NCBI GenBank assembly: GCA_008632985.1
Contig: QPGO01000065.1
Span: 124,001 to 188,000, forward strand
Direction of reading: 5' to 3'
DNA length: 64,000 nucleotides
From: Psammoneis japonica
Taxonomy: Eukaryota
The translations under genes and the position numbers were made by a program. The notes under the pieces were generated by a model, which had not been told where the DNA came from, did no database searches, and was given only the letters and a program-made list of their open reading frames with translations. The first letter of the stretch is position 1; every line of letters starts with the position of its first letter. Positions 49,441-61,139 of the stretch are shown piece by piece.

Positions 49441-52400
49441 CTCAAAGCCCCCCCCCCAATGTGCCAAGCACTTCTTGCCAGATGCACATGGATGACTGGG
49501 GCTCACAAATGCAAGTGCAAATTGCCTGTCCAATCTGTGGAATGGCTCCCACCAGATGGCAATCTCAAAGCTTCAAGTGAAAACCTTTGCAACAACATGA
49601 TGCTGAGAGGGATCCTGAGTGTGCTGGTGTTGGGGGGGGCTCATGGCCAATGGGTGACATTGACAAGAAGACAAAAAACCCAGCCATCCATGATGTTCTT
49701 TTGACAAAACATCTGAAAGCTCAAAGTCCAGAAGAAGCCCATTTCCATGATGTTGGCAAGCCTGCTGGACTTCCAAGACTCAGCACTTGTCTCAAAGGAG
49801 ATGTGATGGTGCCATCAAGGAGCCACATGGTGGACTTGGCAAGCACAGCTTCCAGCTGGCTTTTCTGCCATGGAGATGTTGCTGGGATGTTTGAAAGTTT
49901 GACAAAAATCAAGCAGCCAGCATGGACAAGGTTGGACAGCAGATTCCAGCTGAAGCTGTCATGGTTTGTGCTGGTGGCTCAGAAGTCAAATGTGCATGTG
50001 GTCAAACCAACTGTGGTGTGTGCTGGTCTCAAAGCAGGCTTCAAATTCACACCTGCACCTTGCTTCACCAACAATGGCAGGTCACTCAAGTTCCAAGAGC
50101 ACACACTTGGTTGGATGCTTCAAGCTAGACCCAGACAAGTGCAACTGCTTTGCAAATGCACCAATTGACAATGACAATGACTGCAACCCAAGAATGCACC
50201 TCTGATCCAACTGGACCCCACCCCCTTGGAACAAAACCAAGACAGTCGAGTGCTGCTGCACAAACTTCAAGACAAGACTCACGAAGCTCTTCACCAAATG
50301 CAGAGGCAGAACCAACCCACTCCCTCATCAACGCCGCTCACTTGTTTGTCTCCAACAACAAGATGACTTCATTGTTGCCCAATGTGACAAGAACTTGGGC
50401 CCCGCCATCATCAAAAAAACTGAGTGCACCTGAGCAGCTTTGAAGCCAACGTGCATGAACGCCGAATCAGAAAACTCCTCGCTGATTGGATCAAAAAATG
50501 CAAAGCCAATCTGACCTCAATGGAATGCAAGCATCTCAAACACCACATTGAGACTGACGAAACCCCGTTTCCCATCTTCTGCCTCACTTTAAAGGTGCAC
50601 AAGCCACTCAAATCCCGACCCATCATCTCAACAACTGGCAGTCTGCTCTGCGGCTTGGGCATCTGGGTGGATGACAAATTGCAAAAAGTCACACGCAAGC
50701 AACCATCCCATTTTAAAAGTTCGCTGGATCTCAAGAATGAACTGGTTCAAATGACAGTGCTGCCAGACTGCCTCCTTTTTACGAGCAATGCCGAGTCCTG
50801 CTGCTTGAACATCCCAACCGAATGGAGCACTTCGAGTGATCGCGGCCTGTCTCTGACGCCATGAAAATGAATTCCAGGACGTCCCCACAGAGGCCCTTGT
50901 TGGAGCACTCCAAATCACAATGACACACAATGTCTTTGCCTTCGGAGATGCCACGTGGCTCCAATGAAATGGCGCCACTGTGGGCACACCACCCGCTCTG
51001 CCACATGCCACACTCTTCCATGCGTGTTGCACAAAGCCATGCTCCTGGAGGAGTTTAGCGCCAACCTTGTCTTTTACAAAAGATTTGTCGACAACATTGT
51101 TGGCATTTGGAAAATCACCGAATCAACCACCGACGCTGCTCGTTGGACTGCCTTTGCCTCCAGAATGAATGACCACGACATCAATTGGGTCATGAGTCCA
51201 AGAGCCAACCAAGCAAACTTTATGGACCTCACGATCACACTCCAAGGCTCTCACCTGCACACCACTCTCTATGAGAAAGAGATGAATTTACATTCATGTG
51301 TCCCACCACACTCAGCTCACCCGCCTGGAGTGCTCGCCGGCTCAATTGTGGGCATGCTCCTCTGCTTCAAGAACCTTTGCTCAGACCCAACCAGTGCAAA
51401 AGCAAAGATGAAACTTCTTTGCCATTGCTTGCTTGCTCGAGGCTGCAAGCCCAGCAAGCTCCAACCCATTTTTCAAAAGGCATGCAACTGCTCTTGGGGC
51501 AATGCGACAACAGCAGAAGTGCCCCCAACCAATCCCCCCGTCTTTCTGCACGTCCCATGTCATCCGAACGACCCACCGTCGAGCAAATTGCAAAAGATTT
51601 GGAAAGGAACGATGGCCTCTCCACCCCCCACTCTCAACCTCTTGCCAACATTCGAAATCACAATCGACAATGCATTGGCTTGGAACGCATGATCGTTTGT
51701 TGCAATCGGTCGTGCAACCTTGGCAACCTCCTTTCGTGCCACATCCTTTGCACCTCCGCTGGCCCCCCAGTTTCTTCCTGCCGGATTACAAACAGGGAGG
51801 CCACTGAGAGAGAGAGAGAGAGAGACAGGATGGTTTGTTGTTCGAGAGAGAGAGAGAGAGGAGAGAGAGAGAAGAGAGAGCTCAAAGCCCCCCAAACATG
51901 CCAGGCACTTCTTGCCAGATGCACATGGATGACTGGGGCTCACAAATGCAAGTGCAAATTGCCTGTCCAATCTGTGGAATGGCTCCCACCAGACAGCAAT
52001 CTCAAAGCTTCAAGTGAAAACCTTTGCAACAACATGGTGCTGAGAGGGATCCTGAGTGTGCTGGTGTTGGGGGGGGGGGGCTCATGGCCAATGGGTGACA
52101 TTGACAAGAAGACAAAAAACCCAGCCATCCATGATGTTCTTTTGACAAAACATCTGAAAGCTCAAAGTCCAGAAGAAGCCCATTTCCATGATGTTGGCAA
52201 GCCTGCGGACTTCCAAGACTCAGCACTTGTCTCAAAGGAGATGTGATGGTGCCACCAAGGAGCCACATGGTGGACTTGGCTCAATGGATGCAAGCACAGC
52301 TTTCAGCTGGCTTTTCTGCCATGGAGATGTTGCTGGGATGTTTGCAAGTTTGACAAAAATCAAGCAGCCAGCATGGACAAGGTTGGACAACAGATTCCAG

Positions 52401-52496
52401 TTGAAGCTGTCATGGTTTGTGCTGGTGGCTCAGAAGTCAAATGTGCATGTGGTCAAACCAACTGTGGTGTGTGCTGGTCTCAAAGCAGGCTTCAAA
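49412..52496 (+). mobile_element. Penelope-like retroelement with direct pseudo-LTR repeats (49412-50045 and ~51844-52496), each starting in a (GA)n tract
   Basis: ~640-bp direct repeats flank a degenerate PLE-type RT. Confidence 0.75.
50424..51800 (+). pseudogene. Penelope-type reverse transcriptase, frameshifted
   Basis: 'FCLTLKVHK..SRPIIS..GS', 'SHFKSS', 'LFTSNAESCCLNIP', 'YKRFVDNIVGIW', 'NFMDLTI', 'TTLYEK..NLHSCVPPHSAHP' and 'NLGNLLS' follow the PLE RT/thumb motif order. Confidence 0.85.
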
Positions 52497-55400
52497 GGAG
52501 GGGCTCACATGGCGGGTCTTCTCTGGGAGCTGTGCAGCTTCAAGATGATCTCAGACTGCTTCTTTTCATGGGTGCAGTGCCTCCAAAAAGGAGAACAGTG
52601 ACTTGATGTTTTGCTGCATCAGCCATCATCTTTGACCCTCTCCAGCACCACACTCATGCTTGACAGCTGCAGGCATGGTGAGAGCATCATTTTTGTGATC
52701 TGACGACACTCACTTGGCTTTTGCACAGAGTTTTTTGTGCTCAGCAAGGATGGTGCAGGGCAATCCACTCACATCTGGTGTCTTTGACCAGGCAACAATT
52801 CAGCAAAGAAATTTCCTGGCATCTTCACTCTTCCTTGTCATGCCGCTGATTCTTTGGCTGCTGAAGAGTTTGAAAGAGTTTAAGAAGCCTTTTTGTGCTG
52901 GTGAGAGTCAGGTCAGAAAGTCAAGCATTGTTTGTTTTACACCAGACTGTGACAAGAACACCCTGGTGGTTGTGACAAGTCACAGCCTGGAAGTGGCAAA
53001 CAAGCAGTGGGCTCACAACATCTTAACTTCACAGCTGCTGCCAGAAGCAGAGGTCTCAGTGGGTTTGTCTGCAAGAATGACAAATTTCAGAAGTGGGCAC
53101 AAGCAAAGCTCACTCCCAAGTCCAAAGGGTGAGCCAGCTGCAACTCAAGAGGAGGCAGCATGTCCAGCATGTGTGTGTGTGGCAAAAAGGCACTTGGATT
53201 TGCTTGCCACTGAGGTTGAAAATGCAGCTGTGCATCAGCACATTTTGACACAATGCCAGTCCAAGAGGACCCAAGGAAGGATTGCCCTGGTGTCCACTGT
53301 CCACCCCACTCATTGAGTGCTCATTTGGTGGATTTTGTGTCCCTCACCCTGCACATTTGGCATCTAAAAACAGCGCCCATGTTGTTGCTTGGCTCTCCAC
53401 ACATTTGGTTGGGAGCAACTCCTGACATGATGCAAGGAGGTCAAATCTGTGACTTCAGAGCACAAGAAGAGCACTGCAAATTAGAGTGACTTTCGCACAA
53501 TTTTCAAAGCTCTGCACAAGATGAGAAAGCCAGCACCACATGTGAAAAAGCACCCAGGTGGAAGCTTGGCTGGCTGTTTGCACATCCATCCATGCTGTGA
53601 ACTGTGAGCAGTGCAGACCTGTCATGTCAAGAGCCCCATGATGTCACCCCCCACGCTCGCCACACCAAAACACCAAAAAAGCACAAAAAAGCATGATGGG
53701 TGCAGACACACAGGTTTTCCCAATGCAGCACACACTGGGTCACAAAAAAGCATGGCCCAGCCATCTCTCAGCACAGCAAGATCCACAATGAGCTTTTGCC
53801 AACCTTCTTGCCACATTTTCCAAGACTCCTTGGTGAGCCATTGGCTGGCCCAGGCAAGCCAAAGTCATCAGAAATCTCAGAAAAATGAGAGTGACGGCAA
53901 CAAAGGTGCAATGCTCTGACACTCACAACTGCAAAGTTGTGCAGACCAAAAAAAATCACATGAAAAAGGAGAAAAAGGGCAAGCATCCCAAGCTGGGGCA
54001 GTGGCCTGTTCCAGCTCCAGGTGCTCCGCTTGGGTTCGATTCCCATCATTTGGCAATTTGTGCATTTGGCGCATTGACTTTTTCAAAATCCGTTTTTTTG
54101 CCAAATCGAAGGGCAAGTGTGCACTTTACACGCATTTTCGGTTTTCGGGTGTACACTCACCTTTCGATTTTCGAAATGACAAAAATTGAAGGAGTTGAGT
54201 GTGCTAAACTGCGCAGAAAATTGGCCTCTCTCATGATGAAAAGCAGATCACCTGGAGCTGGAACAGGCCCAGTGCAGCCTTTTGCCCCGTGGCTTGCAAC
54301 CTTGTGGCACAACCTGAAACAGAGCAGTCAGAAGGGAGGCAAAGGTGACATGGTGTGGGACAGCAGCCAAAATCTCAGACAATGGCATGGTCCATGCTCT
54401 GAAGTTTGCAGCCTTGCAAATGCTCAAATGAGCGCACGCTGCAAAAGCAACTTGTCTCTGTCTTTGTGGGTCATGAGCCCCATCCAGTCGGACATGAGTT
54501 CTTGGCACCAGCCCGCGTTTGTGGTGGGGTGCTTTTGGCTGCAGCTGGCCTGTTGCTGCTGCTCCAGCTCCACCTGGCTGCACACCCCCTGCATTGTGGA
54601 GCAGCCACATGCTGGAAAAGACAGAAGGTGCAGGCACTGCCAAGTTTCTGCCCACAAAAATTGCACATTTGCTGTTTTGTGCACAACCTCTCTGGGCAGG
54701 GATTCCCCCACATGCCCCTCACAAGGTTTGTGCAGAAATGCAGAGAAATGTGCCACACCAGAGCTGTTTCACAAAGCATCTGAGCAGGGCGTTGGCTGCC
54801 ACACAAGCCCTGTGGCAGCACCTCACACTTGGGGCATGTGTGGTCCATGCATGCTGGGGCAGCTGTGCAAGCCAAAACGGAGACCTGCCTCTTTGCTGCA
54901 GCATGCTGCAGATGTTGGGAGCTGGAGCTGGCTGGCTTTTGTCAATGTGCTTTGTTTGTGCTGCAGCCTCGTCTGTGGGCCAGCTTTGCTTGGTTCAGAG
55001 CCACAGTCAGCTGTTTTGACAACTTCTTTGGAGAGTTTGTTGTTGCTTGCATGTTTTCAAGCAGGAACAAGAACAAGTGGCAACCCTGCCATGGCAGGAG
55101 CAAAGGTGCTGCCACTGTTGCTGCTTCCTTTTATGTTGTCTTTCTCCTGAAACTTTTCTGCTCTGCACCACCAGCACCGCAACAACAGTGTGAGCACAGG
55201 TGGACAGATCAACATCAAACATCTGTGCAGTGCACCCAGCCAGCCACTTTTTTGTTAATCCTTTGTGGGGCCTTTGCAGAAAATGCCACAAAGCTCCTGG
55301 GAACCAGCACCCACCCAGGCTCCAGCAGCAGTCCTTCATGCTTGGCACTGCATGGCATCCTGGCACAACAAGGCTCGGCAGGAGGACTTTCAGATTTTAG

Positions 55401-56297
55401 ACCAGAGCTCTTTTCCAGAGCTGCAAGGTGCAGCAACATCAAAGAGCTGGCTGTGTGTGGCAGGAGTCTCCTGGCTCTCTGGCACAACATGGTGGGCAAA
55501 TTCTCACACCCTTGTTGTCCTGTTGGGGGGGCAGATGTGGCCCAGAAATGTGCACAGATCAAGCATCCTTGCCACACCACAATGTTGGCAAAACAGGAAA
55601 ACTTTGTGACTGAAGATGAGCGGAGTGAATGGCACCTGAAGAGCAGCTGCTTGGCTCAGCCTGGTGGGCCATCCCCATGGAGTGCTCAGATGGAAATCAG
55701 AATTTGCTCAAGACACCAGCATCATGCCACAATGATTCTGTGAGTTGAGAGTTGAGCACCATCTGGCTGAAAAAGAGTGAACACTTTTTTCGGACGTCCC
55801 GCCCCCACAGACCTCACAACCCATGTGCTGTCGGGGTTGCGGTTGTTACGTCCGCGTTGAGTCTGCATGACGGTGAGCCGTGAAGGGACGGGTCAGACAC
55901 AGGTGTGATCTTCACTACCGCACCTGTCTACCGGCATTCTGTCTCTGATCTTTCCGCAATGCCGAAGGGGGGTGGTTCTTGGAGCAATCAGGACGTTCGC
56001 CGTGGCGTGTGGTTGAGGTTACCAAGAGATTGCAGCGCGGCATGTTGGGTTTAGGCTGTCTAGAGCAGAAGTCGACTTAACCTACAAACAAGCGTGTTTC
56101 ATTTACAAAAAACATTGAAAATAGTTCAGCAGTTATTGCCAATACAGCAATTCAAGAGAATTTTTAATTCGAAAAAACAATGTATTGGTAGTCTACGACT
56201 TAACCGCATGGCTGGCTCTCTGAATAGGGAGAGTCGCTGGCGGCTAGTGCAACTGATAATCTCTTCGTGTCTTAGTTTTCTAGGTTCATCTTCTCCC

Positions 56298-57737
56298 CTA
56301 CTCTTGCTTGATGGACGCCACGGCCTCTCTACTACTAGCGCCAAGTACTATGGGCAACGCATGTATGTCCCAGTTCTCGTCCCATTGCGTTCGTCCTTGT
56401 AAATTACTCGAATATTGCTTCAACTCTCCGTACCCGTGTGGAGGCAATCGACTCGATTTGTCTCCCAAAGGTTCGAGTAGTTCAAACAGCTGACTGGTTA
56501 GCTGTGAGGCGGTTTCAAAGACACGGCCATTCACCTTGTCTTGTACAAGCTCCGACAAGCACGCAAAGTCCTTGGCGCATACGGGTACATGGCAACCAAA
56601 CAAATCCAAAATCTTCATGGGAAGGTCCAGTCCGCTAGTGGATGTATGCAACGAAACACCCAAGTCGGCGCATGCCAATAGCAGCGGGTAGTCCTTGTGT
56701 TCCAACCAAAGCGTCATGATGCGTACATGATGAAGAGTCAGCTTTTCCATTTCTTCTTGATAGTACTCCTTGAGCGGTCCCTTGCCAGTCACCACCACTA
56801 AAATTCGAAAAGGCCGGCTGTGCTGGTGAATATGGGAATCCAACTCTTGCAGTGCGTCCAGCAACAATCCAAAGTCCTCATCGGGTGTCCAAGATGTAGA
56901 ACTCACCACTAGGGCAGGTCTAGCAAGTTGTGGCTGTACAAGTTCCTTACTTGATTGTTCCGTAAAGAGACTTTCCGAATTAGAAGTAATCCAGCCATCA
57001 CCACCACTGGGAAGTTGGTTCTCCAGTTGAATTCGTCTGAAAAACTCGTGTTGCTCTTTTAGCGATATTGGTTGAAACATACTCGGTGGACAGTCGTACA
57101 AGACATTGATCCGATTCGTGGCTACTCCAAACTCCTTGACAACAAACTCCTTCATGGCGGACGTGACACACAAGTGCCCGTCCGCCAGGGGAGCCATTTG
57201 AGCTTCATAGAGCCTCGTCAGTTTGCTCAGAACGCTTCCAGAAGGAAACATGGAGTACCCCAAGTTGTGCCAGTCAATAACAAGACTGGTTTTGGAATGA
57301 CCGAGACGTATCAATCTGCAGTAGAGAAATGACACGAGCAAGAGCGGGATAGCCGGAGGGTTCTGTACCAAGACGCATCGTTGCTCCACGTGGTTTCGCC
57401 TACAGTAAGTTGTAGCATTCCAAAACGCCCATAATAAATTGAATACCAGACTCAGTATCCTCCATATGTAATACAATGGCAATATTCTCTTTAATCTGAA
57501 TGGTGGTGTGGACACTTGCATGTGAATCACATTCAGTCGGTCCGAGTATCGCGAAAAAGCAGGAATCAACTTCTCTCCGGCATACCCAATCATGGATACA
57601 TATTGACCGTTCTTTAGGAGAGACAATGCATGATACTGCATACGAGGGGATCGACCCAGGTCTCCCAAGACAATCACAATAAAATGATGACGCTGTGGCA
57701 GAGGTGGATCTTGATGACGACCGGAAGATGACGCCAT
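56298..57737 (-). CDS. ALG1: Chitobiosyldiphosphodolichol beta-1,4-mannosyltransferase
   Basis: Intact 479-aa ORF with 'VLGDLGRSPRMQYHALSL', 'VQNPP', 'IDWHNLGY', 'SSTSWTPDEDF' and 'DLGVSLHTSTSGLDLPMK'. Confidence 0.96.
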   Translation of the reverse strand: MASSSGRHQDPPLPQRHHFIVIVLGDLGRSPRMQYHALSLLKNGQYVSMIGYAGEKLIPAFSRYSDRLNVIHMQVSTPPFRLKRILPLYYIWRILSLVFNLLWAFWNATTYCRRNHVEQRCVLVQNPPAIPLLLVSFLYCRLIRLGHSKTSLVIDWHNLGYSMFPSGSVLSKLTRLYEAQMAPLADGHLCVTSAMKEFVVKEFGVATNRINVLYDCPPSMFQPISLKEQHEFFRRIQLENQLPSGGDGWITSNSESLFTEQSSKELVQPQLARPALVVSSTSWTPDEDFGLLLDALQELDSHIHQHSRPFRILVVVTGKGPLKEYYQEEMEKLTLHHVRIMTLWLEHKDYPLLLACADLGVSLHTSTSGLDLPMKILDLFGCHVPVCAKDFACLSELVQDKVNGRVFETASQLTSQLFELLEPLGDKSSRLPPHGYGELKQYSSNLQGRTQWDENWDIHALPIVLGASSREAVASIKQE

Positions 57738-58078
57738 GGTAGGTGCTGGTGTTTTGGGTGATGAGAAAGGGAAGAGCTGGAATGGAGCGCGAGGCGCGCG
57801 AGCGAGCGAGCGAGTTCTGGTCCGTCCGTAATCCGTGAATGACTATGTATATAAATCATTAATGAATGGATATTGGGGATTGTTTGCTTTTGAAAATGTT
57901 ATGTGATTCGTCTTACAGTATCAGTAAAGTAAATTAAAATACTGTATTAATTACTTAATTTAATTTATAAGACGGGATTAACGGTCGGCTTCTGCTTTTC
58001 GTCCGTTGCTTCAAGAAAAACAAAAAAGGCAAACGAACATACCGTGCCTCTCTTCATTCTCGCTCTCTCTCCGTGACC
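57738..58078. promoter_or_regulatory. Putative bidirectional promoter between divergent ALG1 and HID1-like genes
   Basis: 341-bp head-to-head intergenic region with an AT-rich core (~57845-57980). Confidence 0.5.
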
Positions 58079-60529
58079 ATGGGAGCCTCGGCCTCTCGAG
58101 AAAAGTTCCGCGAGAGCGTGACAGCTCTGATTGAAGTGGATGTGAGTCCCGATGATGCCGAATTCTGGGATGAGCTCTGGAAGATTCCGAGTTCACCAGA
58201 GGAAGTCTTTGAATTGATCTCTCCCGAGGCGGCTCGATCCTTGCGTGACGAGCGGTTTGACAACTTGGCAACGCTCTTTACGCAAGCTACGGCGCAGCTA
58301 TGTCAGATTGTGGAGACGCCTTATAACATTTACTTTGATCAGGCTCTAAACTGTGTCCGCGTCTTGACCCGAATTCTGCCGTTTCTGTTGGAAAAAGGTA
58401 TGTCGATTCTGAACACAAACATACCGAACATACCGCTCCCAATGCGCTTCTTTGTATGCCAATTAGACTACTGAACTCACCCTCTATCGCTCTCTTTAGG
58501 TGATTTGGGCGATGCGGATGAGAACGTAGAGCAGTTGTGTTGGGGAACGGGTGGTGCAGACGAACGAATCGGACTCGTGGTGGGAGAAGATGGTACAACA
58601 ATGTCGACACTACCGGGCGCCACGCCAAAGTACGACGAAGAGCAGGAACCGCTCGCTTTGCTGGTAGTACATGCCGCCATGCACATGCTCTTTTTGCCGC
58701 AGTTTACGTGTGACTTTTATGAAGAACAAGAAGGATCTTCGCCATCCAAAATGAGATCCAAAAAGAGAACGCAAGACTCAAAGGAGAATAGAGATATGAG
58801 GGCAGAAGCAGGATTGACATCCACCAAGCACGTGGAAGATGGAGTCGTATTGACCCCGAAACCCACTACTATTGTCTGGGCGGCGGGTGCAGGGGTTGCA
58901 GCGGATGAGTTGGGCCTTGATGGATCGACGCGCAAGTACGATAAGAACCGGATTGAAGTACTCAGGCTCCTGCTTGTCTCCTTGTGCGATCCACTCTTCT
59001 CGCCGGCCGATGAGTACAATCCTTTGGCTTCCAGGTGGATGGCGGTCGCAACTGCAGCGGACTCACCCAATGCGGTCTGTTTATTCTACTCACTCTTGAA
59101 TACCATCCTCTCGTTTGATCCTCGGGGACTCGTTCCTTATTCATCGGACAACCACATCAAGCTCGTGGAGCTCTCGGCACAAGTTCTCTGCGTCTTGCTG
59201 GACTGCGGATTGCCCGGCAGTCCTGAGGTCGTTAAGAACCCTAGCGACGAGCCTATTGTGGAATTTCAAGTCGCCGGCAAGAATGGGTTCAATATATTCC
59301 GGACTCTACTCGCAAGGATTGATACTACGGAAGAACTCACATTCCTGTATAAGGGCTTTGTCCGCCTTCTGACTTCCGTCTACAGCAACAAGTCTTCCTA
59401 CTTGCCAAACTCGGGAAAGCTAGAGTGCTATCAGGAACTCCTAGTCTTACTTTGGAAGTGTCTGGAGGAGAATCCCATGTTCATGAATCACGTATTGACA
59501 AAGTGTGATATCAACGAACTCATTGTCCCGGTATGCTTCCTCATGTACCAAAGCCGACGAGACCCGGCTCAGATTGGGTTGGTACACATTTGTACCTTTT
59601 GCCTACTCAAGCTCAGTGGCGAACGATCCTTTGGTGTAGCGCTCAACAAGCCATACACGGAAAAACTACCATGCGACTTGCCCCTCTTTAGCGGCAGTCA
59701 TACGGACCTTGTCGTCATCACGCTTCACAAGCTTGTCGTTAATGGTGCATACAAGCTGGTCCCGCTCTATTCCTGCTTCTTGACCATTATCTGCAACATT
59801 TCTCCGTATTGGCGGAAAATGTCCTTGGTGGCAGCCGTCAAGCTTGTCAATCTCTTTGAGCTTTTCTCGTCTCCCAAGTTCCTCTACTCCGGAGAACAGT
59901 CTCATCGTCATTTGGCTCTCTTGCTAGAAGTCATCAACAACATTGTTCAATACCAGTACAATGGTAACCAACATTTGGTGTACGCTATTATTCGGAGAAA
60001 AGACTCGTTCGGTCGCTTGGCCTCTCTTACACTTCAAAAAGCTCAGGCACAGTGTCACCGAGTGTATGGCGACCACACGTCGGTCACTTACGATGCAGAC
60101 GCCGAGGCCAAGGCCGAGGCGCGACCCCGTACTGGTCTACCCGGCGATGACGACGCCGATGGAAATCCGAATGCGCCCTTTGTCCCGACGGAAGAATGGC
60201 TTGCCGAGCTCAAGGCCAACTTGCCACTTGAAACCGTGACACGTCTCTTGCAACACTTGGTACCCGTTGTCGATGAAATGTGTGCCAACAAGAGTGGCGT
60301 TGTCGACGAGGCTGAAATATTGGAAGTCCTCAAGGATGTCACCATGGTTGGCCTGTTGCCCGTGCCGCATGCGATTGTGATTCGCAAGTACCAACCCAAT
60401 CAGTTCACAGCTCTATGGTTTACGGCATTCATGTGGGGTGTCATTTTTCTTCGAAACCAAGCGCTCCCCATGTTTGACGGAAAGGCGATTGAGTTATTCC
60501 AAGTCGCCGTTGAAGAAGAGGAGGAGTAG
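58079..60529 (+). CDS. HID1: HID1/Ecm30 (dymeclin-related) Golgi protein; exons 58079-58397 and 58500-60529
   Basis: MGASAS myristoylation-type start; 'FWDELW', 'ALNCVRVLTRILPFLLE', 'LLKLSGERSFGVALNKP', 'IVQYQYNGNQHLVYAI', 'VGLLPVPHAIVIRKYQPN'. The GTATGT...TTTAG intron joins the exons in frame. Confidence 0.9.
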
Positions 60530-60797
60530 AGAGAAAGCTCTAGTTTCTAGTTACGTCCATTCAAGTTTTAAGTCTGTAGTCCTACATATCATATGTACAC
60601 AAATCGAAACGCACAAAGTGTTTTATTGAGTAGCTCCGATCTCTAGCCTCTAGGTGCGTGCACGAATCGTGACTGAATTGAACAACGAGTGAGTACCTTC
60701 GATCGGCATGTTCTCGCTCTTAGACTATGATACTGTGGCCTACCGTACTGTACGCCGTGGTGGGAGATCATGCCGAGTAGAAACGAATCGTGTTACA

Positions 60798-60862
60798 GTA
60801 GGACCTCTCTACTAGAGTAGAGTAGTAGAGCTAGCTACTACCGTGGCTACTCTCTTGTAGCA
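60798..60862. repeat. Second CTA/TAG low-complexity patch
   Basis: 'ctactagagtagagtagtagagctagctactacc' uses the same word set as 9345-9512. Confidence 0.65.
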
Positions 60863-61139
60863 GCGACATCAACCTCCACGCTCCCGCTGCAAGGATACTC
60901 TTTTATGTAGGACCATACGACGTAAGTTCGTCGGCCCAGACACGACTGACTCTCCGAGCACAAGGAATGCGCAAGCTCACAAACTCGCACCGTGTGCCAA
61001 TGCTAGGAGTGGTATCTTGAATCTAGGAATTCTGAAGCATCACTCTGTTCCATTGCATCATAATTTTCAGTGGAAGCGATTTCACAGCTTTTGTTTACGA
61101 CGAAACCAGTGGTGAAAGGGTAGGAAGACGATTCTTCAA

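Noticed and set aside
53885..55743. 421-aa and 304-aa ORFs
   Set aside because: They lie in the TA/CG-depleted block, with open frames in several phases and composition dominated by TG/CA codons.
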